The position numbers were made by a program, and so were the translations under genes. DNA of 64,000 nucleotides, taken from NCBI RefSeq assembly GCF_018977255.1, contig NW_024704743.1, positions 92,196,001 through 92,260,000 of the forward strand, given 5' to 3'. This DNA comes from Callorhinchus milii. Taxonomy: Eukaryota. Shown piece by piece: positions 62,521 to 64,000 of this stretch. Positions within the stretch are counted from its first letter, which is position 1. Every line of letters begins with the position of its first letter. The notes under the pieces were generated by a model. That model was not told where the DNA came from and searched no databases. It saw only the letters and a program-made list of their open reading frames with translations.

Positions 62521-64000
62521 GCTGATCGTACTCCCTGTGTGCCTTGTATTCTGAAGGATGAGATCAAATTATTCTGGAAGAATGAGATCAGATGAACTGA
62601 AAAGCCTTCTTCACCTGAACCTCCCTTGATCTTGTAACATCTGGAATTCAACAACAACATTGATTTGCATTCACACAGCGCCTTCACACAGGAGAGCTGT
62701 ATAGTTTGGGTATGGACGCTATTCAATTAAAAAAAACACAAATAATACAAATTTGCACGTGTACCCCAACAGCCTGGGTCTACGTTTTATAATTTAGTGT
62801 TTATTGGTGCTAGGGTGGTGAATTAGTGGTTTTGTGTTTTTAATGTGGAATCTCTTTAAAAAGCTTCACCACCTGCAAAAACACAAACTCCAAAGAATGA
62901 AAAATACCCCATTAGCGGAGAAATAGCTTCATGCCTAAACTTTGAAAATATTTTATTCCCAGCACCAGCATCTTGGTGAGCATAAAATACCGTACTGTGA
63001 TGCTAACCCTGAGCTACTACACAAACACTTGAAACACAATTTTAATTAAAAATATATTTAATCACTTTAAATCATGCCTGTCTTGTTATCTATTTTTCAT
63101 TTGTTTTCTGCTCTATTCTGCTTTTGAACCAGTGAATGAATAACATAATAACACATTGAATGTTTCAATAAAAAGATATTAAAATGCTCTTTCATAAATA
63201 TTACTCTAACCACCTATGATTACTGGCAGGGGTCTTTTTGGTGTGTTGCATGTCACATTATGCTGTCCAGGCATAGGTTCTGTAATGATCTTATTCTCTT
63301 TTGCTATTCTGTCCTTGCAGAATAATATCTGAGGGATTAATGATCACAGTACATTGCTATTTTGTGCACTAAAACATTCCTGATTAGATACCGTATGACT
63401 AAACCTTCTTTAAATAATTGATATTGTAACAGAGTAGAAGCTTCTACATCAAAGAAAGTATTGTATTTGTATAAATCAACACAATAAAACTCTTAACCCC
63501 AAATACTATCAGGCAAAACTGGATGGAATTTCTCCCCTATCCCAATTCTAGATTAATGGTGAATTTCACCCTGTATGTTACTGAATCATTGAGGTTGAAA
63601 ATGTAGCATTCGTTATCTAGATTTGTAAATAGCGACTCCTGTCATCTTAACACTTGTTTTAGTCATTGCATGATGGGTGTCCGTATGTCGGACACCAGTC
63701 ACCATGTAAAAGCCCAGCAAAGCAAGTAACTGTAAGAAGATATGGACATTTTAAATCCTACTGATAGTAATCTTGTGTTTTGACAATACATTTAAGAAGC
63801 AAAGCAAATATTATTTTATTTTATCAAGCATTGGGGGGAAGAAAAAAATCATTAAAACAGACATTTTCTGGTAATGGTGCCATTCACTGTGAGCTGAAGA
63901 AGAGACAGTAAGGATTTTTTTATTCAGGTCTCTGCAAACATTAATAAACATGAGATACAGAGTGAGATACAAGTACAATCAAAAATAACGGCACTGACAG

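Overview
Vertebrate genomic DNA, most likely a cartilaginous fish (inferred from the SOCS6 protein and the repeat repertoire; species not determinable here). The only supportable protein-coding gene is SOCS6, whose whole CDS lies in one exon (19339-20943, +). It has a probable non-coding exon 1 in a CpG island near 3.3 kb, a ~15.9 kb intron, a strong-context uORF, and a ~1.9 kb repeat-free 3' UTR rich in miRNA seed matches. A second CpG promoter-like segment at 0.43-0.96 kb carries 14 tandem 27-bp CCAAT units and probably serves a divergent gene running off the window. The rest is retroposon-rich: L2 and CR1 LINE fragments, two tRNA-derived SINE families sharing the L2 3' stem-loop, several nested insertions and an unclassified repeat family. 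The most notable observations are (i) Penelope-type palindromic elements carrying a minimal hammerhead ribozyme motif, one apparently intact and in sense orientation in the SOCS6 intron, (ii) visible covariation and loop switching in the shared SINE/LINE 3' hairpin, and (iii) the higher-order NF-Y/E2F promoter minisatellite. Repeat boundaries were estimated by eye and family names come from recalled motifs, not database searches.
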